A stretch of 64,000 nt of DNA. Origin: Octopus bimaculoides. Lineage: Eukaryota. How positions within the stretch are numbered: the first letter of the stretch is position 1; each line of letters starts with the position of its first letter. The stretch is from contig NC_068989.1 in assembly GCF_001194135.2 (NCBI RefSeq), positions 85,783,111 to 85,847,110 on the forward strand, written 5' to 3'. The notes under the pieces were generated by a model that was given only the letters and a program-made list of their open reading frames with translations, did not search any database and was not told the DNA's origin. Below are positions 48,401 through 58,298 of this stretch, one piece after another. Made by a program: the position numbers and the translations under genes.

Positions 48401-51400
48401 AATATACTATAAAATATAATATAACATCAGATAATATAACCAATTTTTAAAAAAAAAACCAAATGTATATATGTCATCATCATTTAACACCCATTTTCCA
48501 TGCTGGCATGGGTTGGATGGTTTGACAGGAGTAATCAAGGACAGGAGCTGCACCAAGCTCTATTGCTTGTTTTGGCATGATTTCTACAGCTGGATGCCCT
48601 TCCTAATGCCAACCACTTTACAAAGTATACTGGATACTTTTTACATGGCACAGATAGAGAGATGGATGGATGGATGGAATGACAGACAGATGGATAGATA
48701 GGGAAGATAAATAGAAAAATAGATAAGATTATATATATATGCATGTATCTAAAAATATGAAAATTGAAATGGAGAAAAATTGTAGTCAGAAACTTTGTTT
48801 GAAGATAAGACACATACCTGAGCCCAGTCAAATCGCACTGAAGAGGGAACAACAATCAGGAGGGGCCACTCATTTCTGTAATAACAGGCAACTGAAATAG
48901 CTTGAAGTGTTTTGCCAAGACCCATTTCATCAGCAAACAAAATCCTGCCTCTCCTTTCAATACTTAATCTGTGAAAAGATTTAATGTATATAATATAAAT
49001 ATTGAGATGAAACTTATCACACTTCACATGAGTATCATGGATATTCTATATAAAATACTATGTTCTGAAGAGCAGGAAGACTACTCGTTCCATTCCCACA
49101 CAAAAAAATAAATATTGAACAAAGAATGACAATAGTTGATATTACGTAGAGTCAAAGAGATAAATGATTATCTTATGAAACTTCATTAGTTTACAGTTGT
49201 CTCTGCAATAAAATGAAGTGGACTCATAGTTGAATAACATCCTACAGCTTCACTGGAGCCTCAAATATAAAGTGCAGTATTTGGAAAAAGGAATTACAGT
49301 TATTCCTTAGTCATGTTATTTTCTTATTACCACTCTGTACCCAACTAACTCTTCATTTTGAAACGAATGTATATTGAGCTCTACACCAGGTTATTAGTCT
49401 CAAAATGCCCAAGCGAAATATATATATCATTAGATGTACTTGTTGTAAGAAACAACTAGGTTTCTTTCTCTCAGCAGTCTCGCTTCCGTGCCGGTGGCAC
49501 GTATAAAGCACCATTTGAGCGCGATCGTTTCCAACTCCGCCTTACTGGCACTTGTGCCGGTGGCATGTGAATAAAACATTGGACTGACTCCTGTGCAGGT
49601 GGCACGTAAAACACTATATATATTTATACGCATGCACACCAATCTCTAACTATGGAGGGAACCTGCAGAAGGAGTAAACCTAAGAAGATATGGGACGTGG
49701 TGGTGAAGCATGATCTTCAAATGTTGGGCCTAGCAGAGGTGATGACAAGTGACCAGGACCTTTGGCAATATGCTGTGCTTGAGAAGACTTGTCAAGTGAA
49801 ATTGTAGCCATGGCCAATGCTGGTGTCATGTAAACGGCATCTATGAATTCGTAATCATGGTCGTTGCCAGTAGCATGATCTTTGAATGTTGGGCCCTACG
49901 GAGGTGATGACAGATGATCAAGACCTTTGGCGATATGCTGTGCTTGAGGAGACTCATCAAAGCAAATGAAACTATACTTGTGACCATTGTCAGTGTCATG
50001 TAAACGGCACCTATGAAATCACAGTCATATCTGTTGCCAGTGTCGTGCTGGTGGCACATAAAAAGCACTTATAACACTCTTGGAGTGGTTGGCGTTAGGA
50101 AGGGCATCCAGCTATAGAAACCAAACCAGATCAGACTGGAACTTGGTGCAGGCCTCTAACTTACCAGTTCCAGTCAAACCATCTAACCCATGTCAGCATG
50201 GAAATCAGACATTAAATGATGATGATGAAGAAGCATACAGGTACTGTATTAACAGTGGTGTATTTGTAAGACAGAACAAGAACATGTCTGTATGACAATG
50301 GTCATAGAATGTTTTAATAAGAGAAAGTATGTCAGTTGGTCAACTGATTATGTTTTATTCTGCTCTACAGGGTGTCCACAAGGTCTGGGTACATGGAGTA
50401 AATAAAATCATAACATAAACAATTAAATACAAGAAATAATAATTTCTTAAAGTATGTGTTAATCTCCATGTACCCAGACTTTGTGGACACCCTGTAGAAT
50501 GTTTGTGCTAACTGATGATGATGATGATGGTTGGGGAAGGGAGAGTTTAAGAATGCAATATACTCACTTAACCCCTTCCAACTGGAATGGCATCAAGCTC
50601 TCCCGAAGGCATTTATCTATTTTAGACAAATCAATATCTGATTTGGTAGGTGACGATGGCAATGATGATGATGATGATGATGATGATGATGGTTGCTGCT
50701 GTTGCTGCTGCGTTCTCATTTTGTGTGCGAAAAACTGAACAATGAAACTTGGCAGCGGTACAACTTTGACATCTGGTTCTAAAACTTTGGCTTGCTTCAC
50801 TGTAATATAAAGAACACGTTAACATCATCATCAGCACCACAATAATTTAATTTAAATGCAGGAAAGAAGACAAGGATTGGGAATCAAGAGAGTATAAACA
50901 GTAATCCCTCAACTACCACAGGTGTAACGTTCCAAAACGATCACCCCCGTGATAGGTGAAAATCTTCAAAGTAGAAACAGTATTGTACTGTATATTTCTT
51001 TTTATTATTTTTGTAATTTGTATATATTTATTTTATTATAAATGCAAAACAACACCACGGAGGAATGGATGTAAACTTAAATAATAAACCATGATATGGT
51101 GAGGGATTACTGTAAAGCGATTGGTGATGATGATGAAGATGCTGATAAAGATGATGTGCCAGATGATGATGATAATGGTAAAGATTCAGACGAGCTCCAA
51201 AGATCCAGAAAAAGGCTCAATGGCACTGTCCTTCCTCCTCTAAATCATTTAAATAAAAAGAGAGAAAAACAACAAATATTTACCTAGTTTATGATATTCC
51301 TGCAAACTGAAGGACCATTTCTTTGTGACAGCATCTGGAGACATTAAAAGACAATGATGCAAAAAATAATAGATATGAATAAATTCATTGATTCAATAGA

Positions 51401-52355
51401 TAATTGAAGGAGGCTATCAATTCTTTTGCTGGATGGAGAATGACCCCCTCCTCCTATGAAACAACAACAACTGCCACCGCCACCATCTATTTACTAGTAA
51501 CTTTTTTTATCAACTCCAGATGGAGTATTCCATATTCCCCAACCTTGTGGGATTTGAACTGAGGACACAAAGAGCAGAATGTTAGGAAAATTCAATGCTA
51601 GAGAGTATTTAGATGGGTGCTGTACCAACTCTGGCAGCTGAATGTTTTCAATATAAATTGGTTGGTGCTAAGAGGAACAAGAAAATAAAGGTTCCAGTTT
51701 TAGTTCCTTCGAGAGTGTGGTGGGTGCTTTTTATGTGCCACCAGCATGGGAGTAAGTCAGGCAGACATACATAGATTTATAAATCACATCCTTCCAACTT
51801 GTAAAAAAGACGCACTGAATGATGTGATCCTGAATACTCTATAAAAACAAAGACAGGATGGTCGTGGAGGGAATGCTTTCAATCAATGTTTGCTAGGGTA
51901 GTACACTATAACAGCATCAACAAAAAGAAAAGTATAAAAGTAAAAAGGTCTTTCTTACCATATTGCTTTGTTTCCATTGTCTTAAATAAATCTATTAGTC
52001 CCTGATAGAATATCACATCAACAAGAAATCTTGACGGAGATTCTAAAATAAATTTAGCTTCAATAACTTTCCTTGGCATGCTTTTAAAAGTGCTATAACG
52101 AGAACTGGTTGCGAAAGAGTTTGTTTTTTGTGGCAACATTCTGCCATCTTTATAAACTGTTTGTGTTTTCGGTGCATAATTATTTTGTGGAACAGATCCA
52201 CTCGATGTAACTGATTGACTTGAAGGAGATTTTACAGAATGGGCTGGAGTTGGTCTTGGTGACACCTGTGCTTTTTTTTCAGCAAGCTTTTGCAGTGCTC
52301 TTTGACGGTTTTCATCGATAATTTTCCTCTGCTCGGAGGTGAGACAACTAGACAT
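36218..52355 (-). CDS. SMARCAL1: SMARCAL1/HARP, SNF2-family annealing helicase; 16 coding exons, 2310 nt, 769 aa (773 aa with the alternative exon-15 donor)
   Basis: N-terminal RPA-binding-type motif [28 protein letters not shown], one HARP domain, Walker [10 protein letters not shown], Walker [48 protein letters not shown]. Exons: 51959-52355, 51284-51334, 50568-50799, 48818-48968, 47881-48042, 46340-46405, 44610-44744, 43843-43922, 43492-43624, 42879-42943, 41947-42046, 40068-40253, 38935-39035, 38373-38460, 37579-37744, 36218-36414. Every junction is GT-AG and phases are consistent through to TGA. Confidence 0.96.
36661..37030 (+). mobile_element. SINE family B, two tandem heads
   Basis: ggtgagctggcagaaa..gttctgagttcaaattc..ctttcatcctttcgggg pattern occurs twice. 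Confidence 0.75.
37165..37550 (+). mobile_element. SINE family A in SMARCAL1 intron 15
   Basis: Full head-to-tail match to the family. Confidence 0.88.
37579..37744 (-). CDS. SMARCAL1: SMARCAL1 coding exon 15 (alternative donor at 37567)
   Basis: ctctctag|[15 protein letters not shown]...EKKQ G|gtaaaa; the start resembles the human DPKQQKIYDLFQKSF segment as I recall it. Confidence 0.85.
38149..38236 (+). mobile_element. SINE family A head only, in intron 14
   Basis: aggcacaggagtggctgtgtggtaagtagcttgc...ggcaccttgggcaagt. Confidence 0.8.
38373..38460 (-). CDS. SMARCAL1: SMARCAL1 coding exon 14
   Basis: ttattag|[30 protein letters not shown]|gtaagt. Confidence 0.93.
38609..38835. mobile_element. 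Mariner-type MITE, copy 2
   Basis: Same TIRs and internal sequence as copy 1; TA-flanked. Confidence 0.85.
38935..39035 (-). CDS. SMARCAL1: SMARCAL1 coding exon 13 (motif VI)
   Basis: ttggcag|[35 protein letters not shown]|gtaata. Confidence 0.95.
39104..39628 (-). mobile_element. SINE family A in SMARCAL1 intron 12 (N gap inside the GT repeat)
   Basis: Reverse complement of the family head and tail. Confidence 0.88.
40068..40253 (-). CDS. SMARCAL1: SMARCAL1 coding exon 12 (IRIDG, motif V)
   Basis: ttccag|[13 protein letters not shown]...FAELFWNPG|gtaagt. Confidence 0.95.
40349..40551. mobile_element. Mariner-type MITE, copy 3
   Basis: Same family; TA-flanked. Confidence 0.8.
41947..42046 (-). 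CDS. SMARCAL1: SMARCAL1 coding exon 11 (motif IV FLVFAHH)
   Basis: cccacag|[19 protein letters not shown]...QNK|gttagt. Confidence 0.94.
42444..42676 (+). mobile_element. SINE family B in intron 10
   Basis: Full pattern through gggcaataaag. Confidence 0.85.
42879..42943 (-). CDS. SMARCAL1: SMARCAL1 coding exon 10
   Basis: tttacag|[23 protein letters not shown]|gtaagt. Confidence 0.9.
43492..43624 (-). CDS. SMARCAL1: SMARCAL1 coding exon 9
   Basis: tttacag|[20 protein letters not shown]...STSA|gtaagt. Confidence 0.93.
43843..43922 (-). CDS. SMARCAL1: SMARCAL1 coding exon 8
   Basis: ttcccag|[28 protein letters not shown]|gtaagt. Confidence 0.94.
44610..44744 (-). CDS. SMARCAL1: SMARCAL1 coding exon 7 (motif III TGTP)
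   Basis: tttcag|[20 protein letters not shown]...YCDGKK|gtaagg. Confidence 0.94.
44810..45858 (-). mobile_element. Cluster of family B SINE copies in intron 6 (about 44810-45056, 45090-45390, 45750-45858)
   Basis: Reverse-complement matches to family B; an N gap interrupts the last copy. Confidence 0.8.
46340..46405 (-). CDS. SMARCAL1: SMARCAL1 coding exon 6 (Walker B DESH)
   Basis: ccaaaag|[22 protein letters not shown]|gttagt. Confidence 0.93.
46510..46742 (+). mobile_element. Family C SINE/RTE-tail repeat
   Basis: gagtggttggtgttaggaagggcatcc..ggacgttaaacgacgatgatg. Other copies at about 21770-21950, 35230-35445 and 50030-50227 (+), and 30052-30345, 47160-47345 and 48474-48650 (-). Confidence 0.8.
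47578..47740 (-). mobile_element. RTE LINE RT fragment
   Basis: [11 protein letters not shown]...[17 protein letters not shown]. Confidence 0.7.
47881..48042 (-). CDS. SMARCAL1: SMARCAL1 coding exon 5
   Basis: gttcag|QIRRWVPS...KIVIM|gtaagt. Confidence 0.93.
48091..48345 (+). mobile_element. R4/Dong-like non-LTR fragments embedded in (TAA)n
   Basis: [41 protein letters not shown] (restriction-like endonuclease pattern), with (TAA)n runs at about 48060-48083 and 48187-48200. Confidence 0.6.
48818..48968 (-). CDS. SMARCAL1: SMARCAL1 coding exon 4 (Walker A)
   Basis: ttcacag|A TTA AGT ... GCT CAG|gtatgt; [12 protein letters not shown]. Confidence 0.95.
49650..49965 (+). mobile_element. RTE LINE 3' end with a local tandem duplication
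   Basis: [35 protein letters not shown]; the segment gatctt..gttgggcc..gacctttggc..tgtgcttgag occurs twice. Confidence 0.65.
50368..50494. mobile_element. Tc1/mariner MITE (127 bp)
   Basis: TIRs CAGGGTGTCCACAA(G/A)GTCTGGGTACATGGAG; TA on both sides. Confidence 0.9.
50568..50799 (-). CDS. SMARCAL1: SMARCAL1 coding exon 3 (end of HARP, Q/S linker, LMPFQLEGV)
   Basis: ttacag| ... GTT AA|gtgagt. Confidence 0.93.
51284..51334 (-). CDS. SMARCAL1: SMARCAL1 coding exon 2 (HARP: [17 protein letters not shown])
   Basis: tctccag| ... CTA G|gtaaat; too short for the ORF track; matches the HARP WxFSLxxY pattern. Confidence 0.92.
   Translation of the reverse strand: MLSQRNGPSVCRNIIN
51959..52355 (-). 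CDS. SMARCAL1: SMARCAL1 coding exon 1 (RPA-binding motif, start of HARP)
   Basis: ATG at 52355; acceptor ttgtag 19 nt upstream (exon starts 52374); ends TAT G|gtaag, phase 1. Confidence 0.93.
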
Positions 52356-52716
52356 CTTTATTCATAGAAGTAACCTACAACAAAAGAAATTTTTAGAAAT
52401 CCTTTTATACCATGGTTATAGATGTTGGATAATGAGTGAAAGAGTATGGTCACAAATACAAGCAGTTTAAATGGAATTCTTTCAAAACATCTCTGAGAGC
52501 AATGTAACTTGACAGGTTGTATGGCACAGAGATCAGGGGGTCTCTTCAGATCAAGCCACTATTTCTCTGCATTGAAAGGTCAAAGCTCTGGTACAATGGA
52601 CACATGATTAAAATCAGTGGTGGGCACCGTTAATTGAAAAGTTAACTGTATTGATCATTAATCCATTAATTCTTTGAAAATGGAAGTTAACATTGATCCA
52701 TTAACGTTAACTTTTA

Positions 52717-53170
52717 TTGAGGAAAGTGGAAGGGGAGGAAAGGGAGGGAAGGAATGGGAGGAAGAGGATCAGGAGAAGAGAAAGGGGAGGATTATGGGGA
52801 GGAGGAGGAGAGGACAGAGAGAGAAGGGTGAGAGTTGCAGTTAGGGTTAAGGAAGGAGNNNNNNNNNNNNNNNNNNNNNNNNNNNNNNNNNNNNNNNNNN
52901 NNNNNNNNNNNNNNNNNNNNNNNNNNNNNNNNNNNNNNNNNNNNNNNNNNNNNNNNNNNNNNNNNNNNNNNNNNNNNNNNNNNNNNNNNNNNNNNNNNNG
53001 AGGGCGGGGGAGGGTTACAGTTAGGGAAGGAGGAGAGGAGGGAAAGGGTTGCTGGAGGAGGAGGGCATTGAGGAGAAGGGAAGGGGGAAGGAGGGGAATG
53101 GGAAGGGAAGGAGGGGAATGGGAAGGGAAGGGGGGAATGGAGAAAATTAAGGAGGAGGAGAGAAGGAAGT
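52717..53170 (+). repeat. Polypurine (GA-rich) low-complexity tract with an N gap
   Basis: Nearly pure G/A sequence upstream of SMARCAL1 coding exon 1. Confidence 0.85.
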
Positions 53171-53767
53171 TTCTTTCTCACTCAGACATCTATTGATATT
53201 TTTCAATATTTTTCTCCCCATAAACAAATTTTATGGAATGATGATGTCAAAATAACACACATGTAGTCCCAACTGAGTGAGGCTGTGTTATGTGTGTGTA
53301 AGAAAAATAAAAATACCTAAAATCATCTTTAGTGTTCATATTAATCTGTCAAATGTAATGCTTATTTGTTCATGTTATTTTGAATTATTCAGGTTCAAGA
53401 GGGGTGTCCACAATATTTGCTTGTAACTTTGTAAATTTTTTTTACATACAGATTTGAAATTTTGTCAGTGGGTGCTTTATATACCACTGGTTTATAGTTA
53501 CATAATTTTAGCTGATCTTGCTGAGTAAATTTGACTTTTATGGGCAGGTAAATTTAATTAACAGGTGTAAAAGCAATAACATCATGGATAAACACTAAAA
53601 TTGAAATTCTTAATGCATCTTACCTGTTTGATTTGTTACTAAAATTATCTCAGATGGCAACCAACAAAAATTTTGCCACTTTTCAAAATGAGATACATTA
53701 ATTTGAATTAATTAAAATACAGGTATAACTGGTACAAGATTTTATTCTTTCGGTAAATATTTCGTAC

Positions 53768-53900
53768 CTTGGTGTGGAATAATATTTTTCCACAGTTTTT
53801 TTCAGGTGCATTTGACGTATCTGACCTCCAAACCCACCGCAAGCTACTTTTTTTTCCGGAAAAGAAAGGTGGGAGTTTTGTTTCATGGGTCTTTTTTTCT
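53768..53900 (-). other. Candidate non-coding first exon of SMARCAL1
   Basis: Coding exon 1 opens with an acceptor, so an upstream exon is needed. CAAG|gtacga donor at 53768 with a CCGGAA (ETS-like) motif nearby. An alternative donor CAG|gtaaga lies at 53624. The upstream boundary is a guess. Confidence 0.3.
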
Positions 53901-56900
53901 TTTCCTGGTTCTTTTGCATGCTTTCAACGAATGTGACATCAAAATCATGCATAAACTTCATAGTTAAGTGTTTAGTACCAAGAGGCACTTATTCAGTCCG
54001 CCACAAAAAAATTCAAGTATATAATAATGGATGTAAAGAAATTGCAATTTTGATGTCGACTTTTCCATGTTAACATAAATCTTTGTTGAAGCTGGTTTTT
54101 CTACAGCCAGATCCTCTTCCCAGAGAACTGCAGACGAATGACGACACTCATTTGAGTGACCGGTAACTGTTTGTTTACAATCAAGACAAAGAGAATATAT
54201 ATTGTCATGTACACACATACACATACATCATCGTCGTTTAACCTCTAATAACTATGCTGGAACTGATGTGATGAAAGGGAAGTTTGGCAGTTATTCCCAG
54301 GACTAATAGCAATCATACGGGGGTGTTGGGTGTTGGGGAGGGGGTCAAAATAATTTTATAGGAGGAATCGCATGACCGTGATATGTAAAACACATTATCG
54401 AAAGCGAAAATCGCCAAAATGAAAAAATAAAAAAGTTACAGCGGTTTTCCCTCAGTGTCTAATCCCAATGTGCACCCAAATTTTTATAGGTAACACAGTG
54501 CTTTGAAGTATTAAGTATTCAAGTTGTGGGTTTGTTTCTATAAGATGTGTAATGTACGTAGCTACTCGTCAGAGAGAGAGATGTCAACGCACATTAAAAT
54601 TATTAGTGAGAGTTGACAACAACGGGCAATATGGTGAAATAGAAAATAGTCGCCAACACCTCAAGACCGTGAAGAAAAGAAGAAAGAGTGTGGCATGTCA
54701 GATCATCGGCAACCATGAACAAAATCAGCATTGAGATGGACACAAACAGAAGAAAGGAAACGTGGCATCGAACCTTTCAGGACCTGAAGCATGTGAACAG
54801 ATACTAGGTAGACATAGAACAAGCAAACAATCAAGAACACTGGGACAGAACTATCGCCCGACGTTCAAACGCGTGCGAGATAGAATGACTGGTTCGCCTG
54901 CAAGTTGTGACATGCGGTTGTATCTTCGAAATGATTTATTACTCAGACTGGAATATTTTCTGGTGCTTAAGAGAAAGTCGCGACGGTTTTATGACTGGGT
55001 ACGGGATAATTATGATAATGAAAACAAAAGTTTCGTTTCTTTCACTTTCTTTAAATAGAGATGATATAATAAATAATGGACAAACATTAGAATAATTAAA
55101 AAAGGTCTCTCTCTAATATTTAAAACTTATCTATACTTACATTTAAAATTAAATAAGCTGGGATTTCTTCATATAAAAGCACTTTCATGTAGGTCGAAGA
55201 GGATTCAAGTCAGCTTCATAAAAGAAATAGCAGAGGGAAGAAATTTCTGATAAGCATATCAAGAATAAATTATAAACTTAATTTTTGTTCTGTTTTAAGG
55301 GAGCAATAATTGGCATTTAACCGTTTAAGTAACAGTTGTAAACACCATATGTGCTCTTTTGGTTATGAGGAAAATAAACTTTAAAACGGACAATCACAGT
55401 ATAAGTTACCTAAATATATTTTTTCCACTAGATTCGTTGGATCGAATTAAAACTTGATAGTTTGCCATTCATTTTTTTTGTACCATTTTTATTTTGTATT
55501 ATTTTTCTTTTCTTTATTTTTCTTACTAAATAATCAAACATATAATCTTCGTGTATATATCAGAGATGCATAGTGAAAAAAAGGTGGTTTTCTATCCAAT
55601 AACACATGTTCAACTTTTAATGCTTTTACTTCCCGATCTTAGGATAGAGGTTGACGGTAAGTTGACAGAACCATTAAGAGCCTCGGAAAAATTGCGATAT
55701 TTAGTTACGACCATTTTCGATCTCGTTTTAAATCCTGTGGAGGTTAACTTTGTCTTTCAGTTCTCTGTGGTCGATATATAAGTACCAGTCACGTACAGAA
55801 ATCTTTACGACTGACTGTTCTCTTTCCCCTAATGTTTTTTTTTATTTGTATCTATATATAAACCTTGTATCTATATAAGAAATCTGTATAAGACACTGGA
55901 ACGGTACTAGATTGGTAGACTCGCAGGACTATCGAATAAAACGATTTGTGATATTGTCGGTTCAATTTATAGTCCGTTTATGATGAATATGCTGAATAAT
56001 CAATAGGAGAAAGCATTATCTTCAACAGTGTTATATGCATGTTATCCATCTATCATACTTTTGCCTCTCAACACTTGGCATAAAGCCATCTTCCTCAATA
56101 CTACTGCCTGACTCAATTGAGAGATTACTTCTTGCAAGTTACTTGGTGACCTTCCCCAGTGCCGGTACCACGAAAATAAAAACAAAAAAAAAAAAACNNN
56201 NNNNNNNNNNNNNNNNNNNNNNNNNNNNNNNNNNNNNNNNNNNNNNNNNNNNNNNNNNNNNNNNNNNNNNNNNNNNNNNNNNNNNNNNNNNNNNNNNNNN
56301 NNNNNNNNNNNNNNNNNNNNNNNNNNNNNNNNNNNNNNNNNNNNNNNNNNNNNNNNNNNNNNNNNNNNNNNNNNNNNNNNNNNNNNNNNNNNNNNNNNNN
56401 NNNNNNNNNNNNNNNNNNNNNNNNNNNNNNNNNNNNNNNNNNNNNNNNNNNNNNNNNNNNNNNNNNNNNNNNNNNNNNNNNNNNNNNNNNNNNNNNNNNN
56501 NNNNNNNNNNNNNNNNNNNNNNNNNNNNNNNNNNNNNNNNNNNNNNNNNNNNNNNNNNNNNNNNNNNNNNNNNNNNNNNNNNNNNNNNNNNNNNNNNNNN
56601 NNNNNNNNNNNNNNNNNNNNNNNNNNNNNNNNNNNNNNNNNNNNNNNNNNNNNNNNNNNNNNNNNNNNNNNNNNNNNNNNNNNNNNNNNNNNNNNNNNNN
56701 NNNNNNNNNNNNNNNNNNNNNNNNNNNNNNNNNNNNNNNNNNNNNNNNNNNNNNNNNNNNNNNNNNNATATATATATATATATATATATAAGGATAGGCA
56801 TAATAAAAGGGACCCGTGGGAAAGCTGATGTGAGACAAGCAAACGTTAAATAATGATGATGAAATTATGCTTTTGTAGTCCCAAATAATTTTTTTCTACC

Positions 56901-57059
56901 AATTACATTCTTTCTACTTCCCTCTCAAAATACTTATGAAATGCCCGGCCTTCTACCTAACTCTAGACATTATCTCAGTACGTAGAAACAAATACTATAA
57001 ACTTATGGTTATCGTTATTTCTCACATACAACGTACGTATGTATGTACAAATGAAAACC

Positions 57060-57480
57060 TAGAGTATGGTAAAAGCCATAGCCACTCATAATAAAAAGGA
57101 GTACTGGTGGAATGTTCCAGTGAAAACCTTAATAAAATGTAAATATCATAGATCTAACATAGTAATTTGGGATGGAGAAGAGAAACTGTGTATGGTTGTG
57201 GAAATCAGCTGCCTAGCAGATGTTAACATAAAGCTAAAGATGGGCGAAAAAGAAAATACCTATGCTGAACTATTGAGGAATCTACAGCTACTCTATCCTG
57301 ATTACGAGTTTATACTTGTAATCATTGAGGGACTAGCATACGTAACACACTGCATAAATACCAATCTTGAGAAATTAGGATTCTCAAAACCAGAAAGGAG
57401 AAGGATGATTCGAAAACTACAGATCCAAGCCATCACTGGAACAATAAAAGTCTGTAAAACTTTCCAGAAGTTTATCCATG
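57060..57480 (+). mobile_element. R4/Dong-type LINE C-terminal restriction-like endonuclease relic
   Basis: (R)SNIVIWD...CMVVEISCLADVN...EKENTYAELLRNLQLLYPDY...RKLQIQAITGTIKVCKTF. Confidence 0.72.
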
Positions 57481-57563
57481 TTTCTGGAGAGATTACGTTT
57501 TTCTTTGGTGGCATTTTCTTTTTTCAATATTGTAATCAAAAAATTATGGACACAGAAAAAAAT

Positions 57564-57820
57564 ACTCCATCCGATGTGCTGCAGCATGCCTTTGCTGATT
57601 TTGAGAAAGTCTCATCTCCCTTCTGTCTTGAGACTCAATCAGACGTGTTGCAGCATGCCTTTGCTAATCTCAAGAAAGTCTCATCTCCCTTCTCTCTCGA
57701 GACTATTTGACGTGCTGCAGCATGCCTTTATTGGTCTTGAGAAAGTCTCATCTTTCTATCTTGAGACTCCATCGGACGTGCTGTAGGATGCATTTGCTGG
57801 TCTTGAGAAAGTCTCATGTC
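57564..57820 (+). repeat. Tandem array of about 66-69-bp units, about 3.7 copies
   Basis: Unit gacgtgctgcagcatgcctttgctggtcttgagaaagtctcatctcccttctgtcttgagactccatc, starting near 57572, 57641, 57709 and 57775. Confidence 0.9.
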
Positions 57821-58298
57821 CCTTAATCTCTATTTTGTAAGCAGTTGTATGTAGCATGTCTGTAATTTTGTATGCAGTGTAAATTAACCAAATGTAAGCA
57901 AATTGTAAATACATTACAACCTTGCGATAATTATGAACTGGTAGCTGAACAGTAGATATGTACGGGTATCTCTGCTAGTATTATATATATGTAAGTATGC
58001 ATATATGTATGCATGCCTGTATATATGTGAGATAATAGTTTCAGTATTAAAGTGAAAATATCTGACATTACAATAGAGAGATGTTATTGTTTCACTTTTG
58101 ACACGTAATAATGCAATAGTGGAGGAGATATGATATGGCTCTGGGCTAGCACTAGGCAAGTTAAATATTTTTTTGGCCTAAGACACTACATGGTCCCTAA
58201 GTATGGCATGTGTAAAATTTGAATGAAATTAGTTGTGTAGTTCTCAAGTTTTAGGGACAGAGAGACAGACACACGCGCACACACACACACGCATTCTC

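Noticed and set aside
54552-55095. Short plus-strand ORFs upstream of SMARCAL1
   Set aside because: No homology recognised; the CpG-containing region may be promoter DNA but could not be delimited.
56035-56853. Long ORFs spanning gaps (also 17928-18476, 23053-23574, 32995-33304, 39213-39683, 45351-45765, 52717-53196)
   Set aside because: Open only because N runs contain no stop codons.
57564-57820. Palindromic repeat array resembling CRISPR
   Set aside because: The units are contiguous tandem copies with no unique spacers, there are no cas genes, and the context is eukaryotic.
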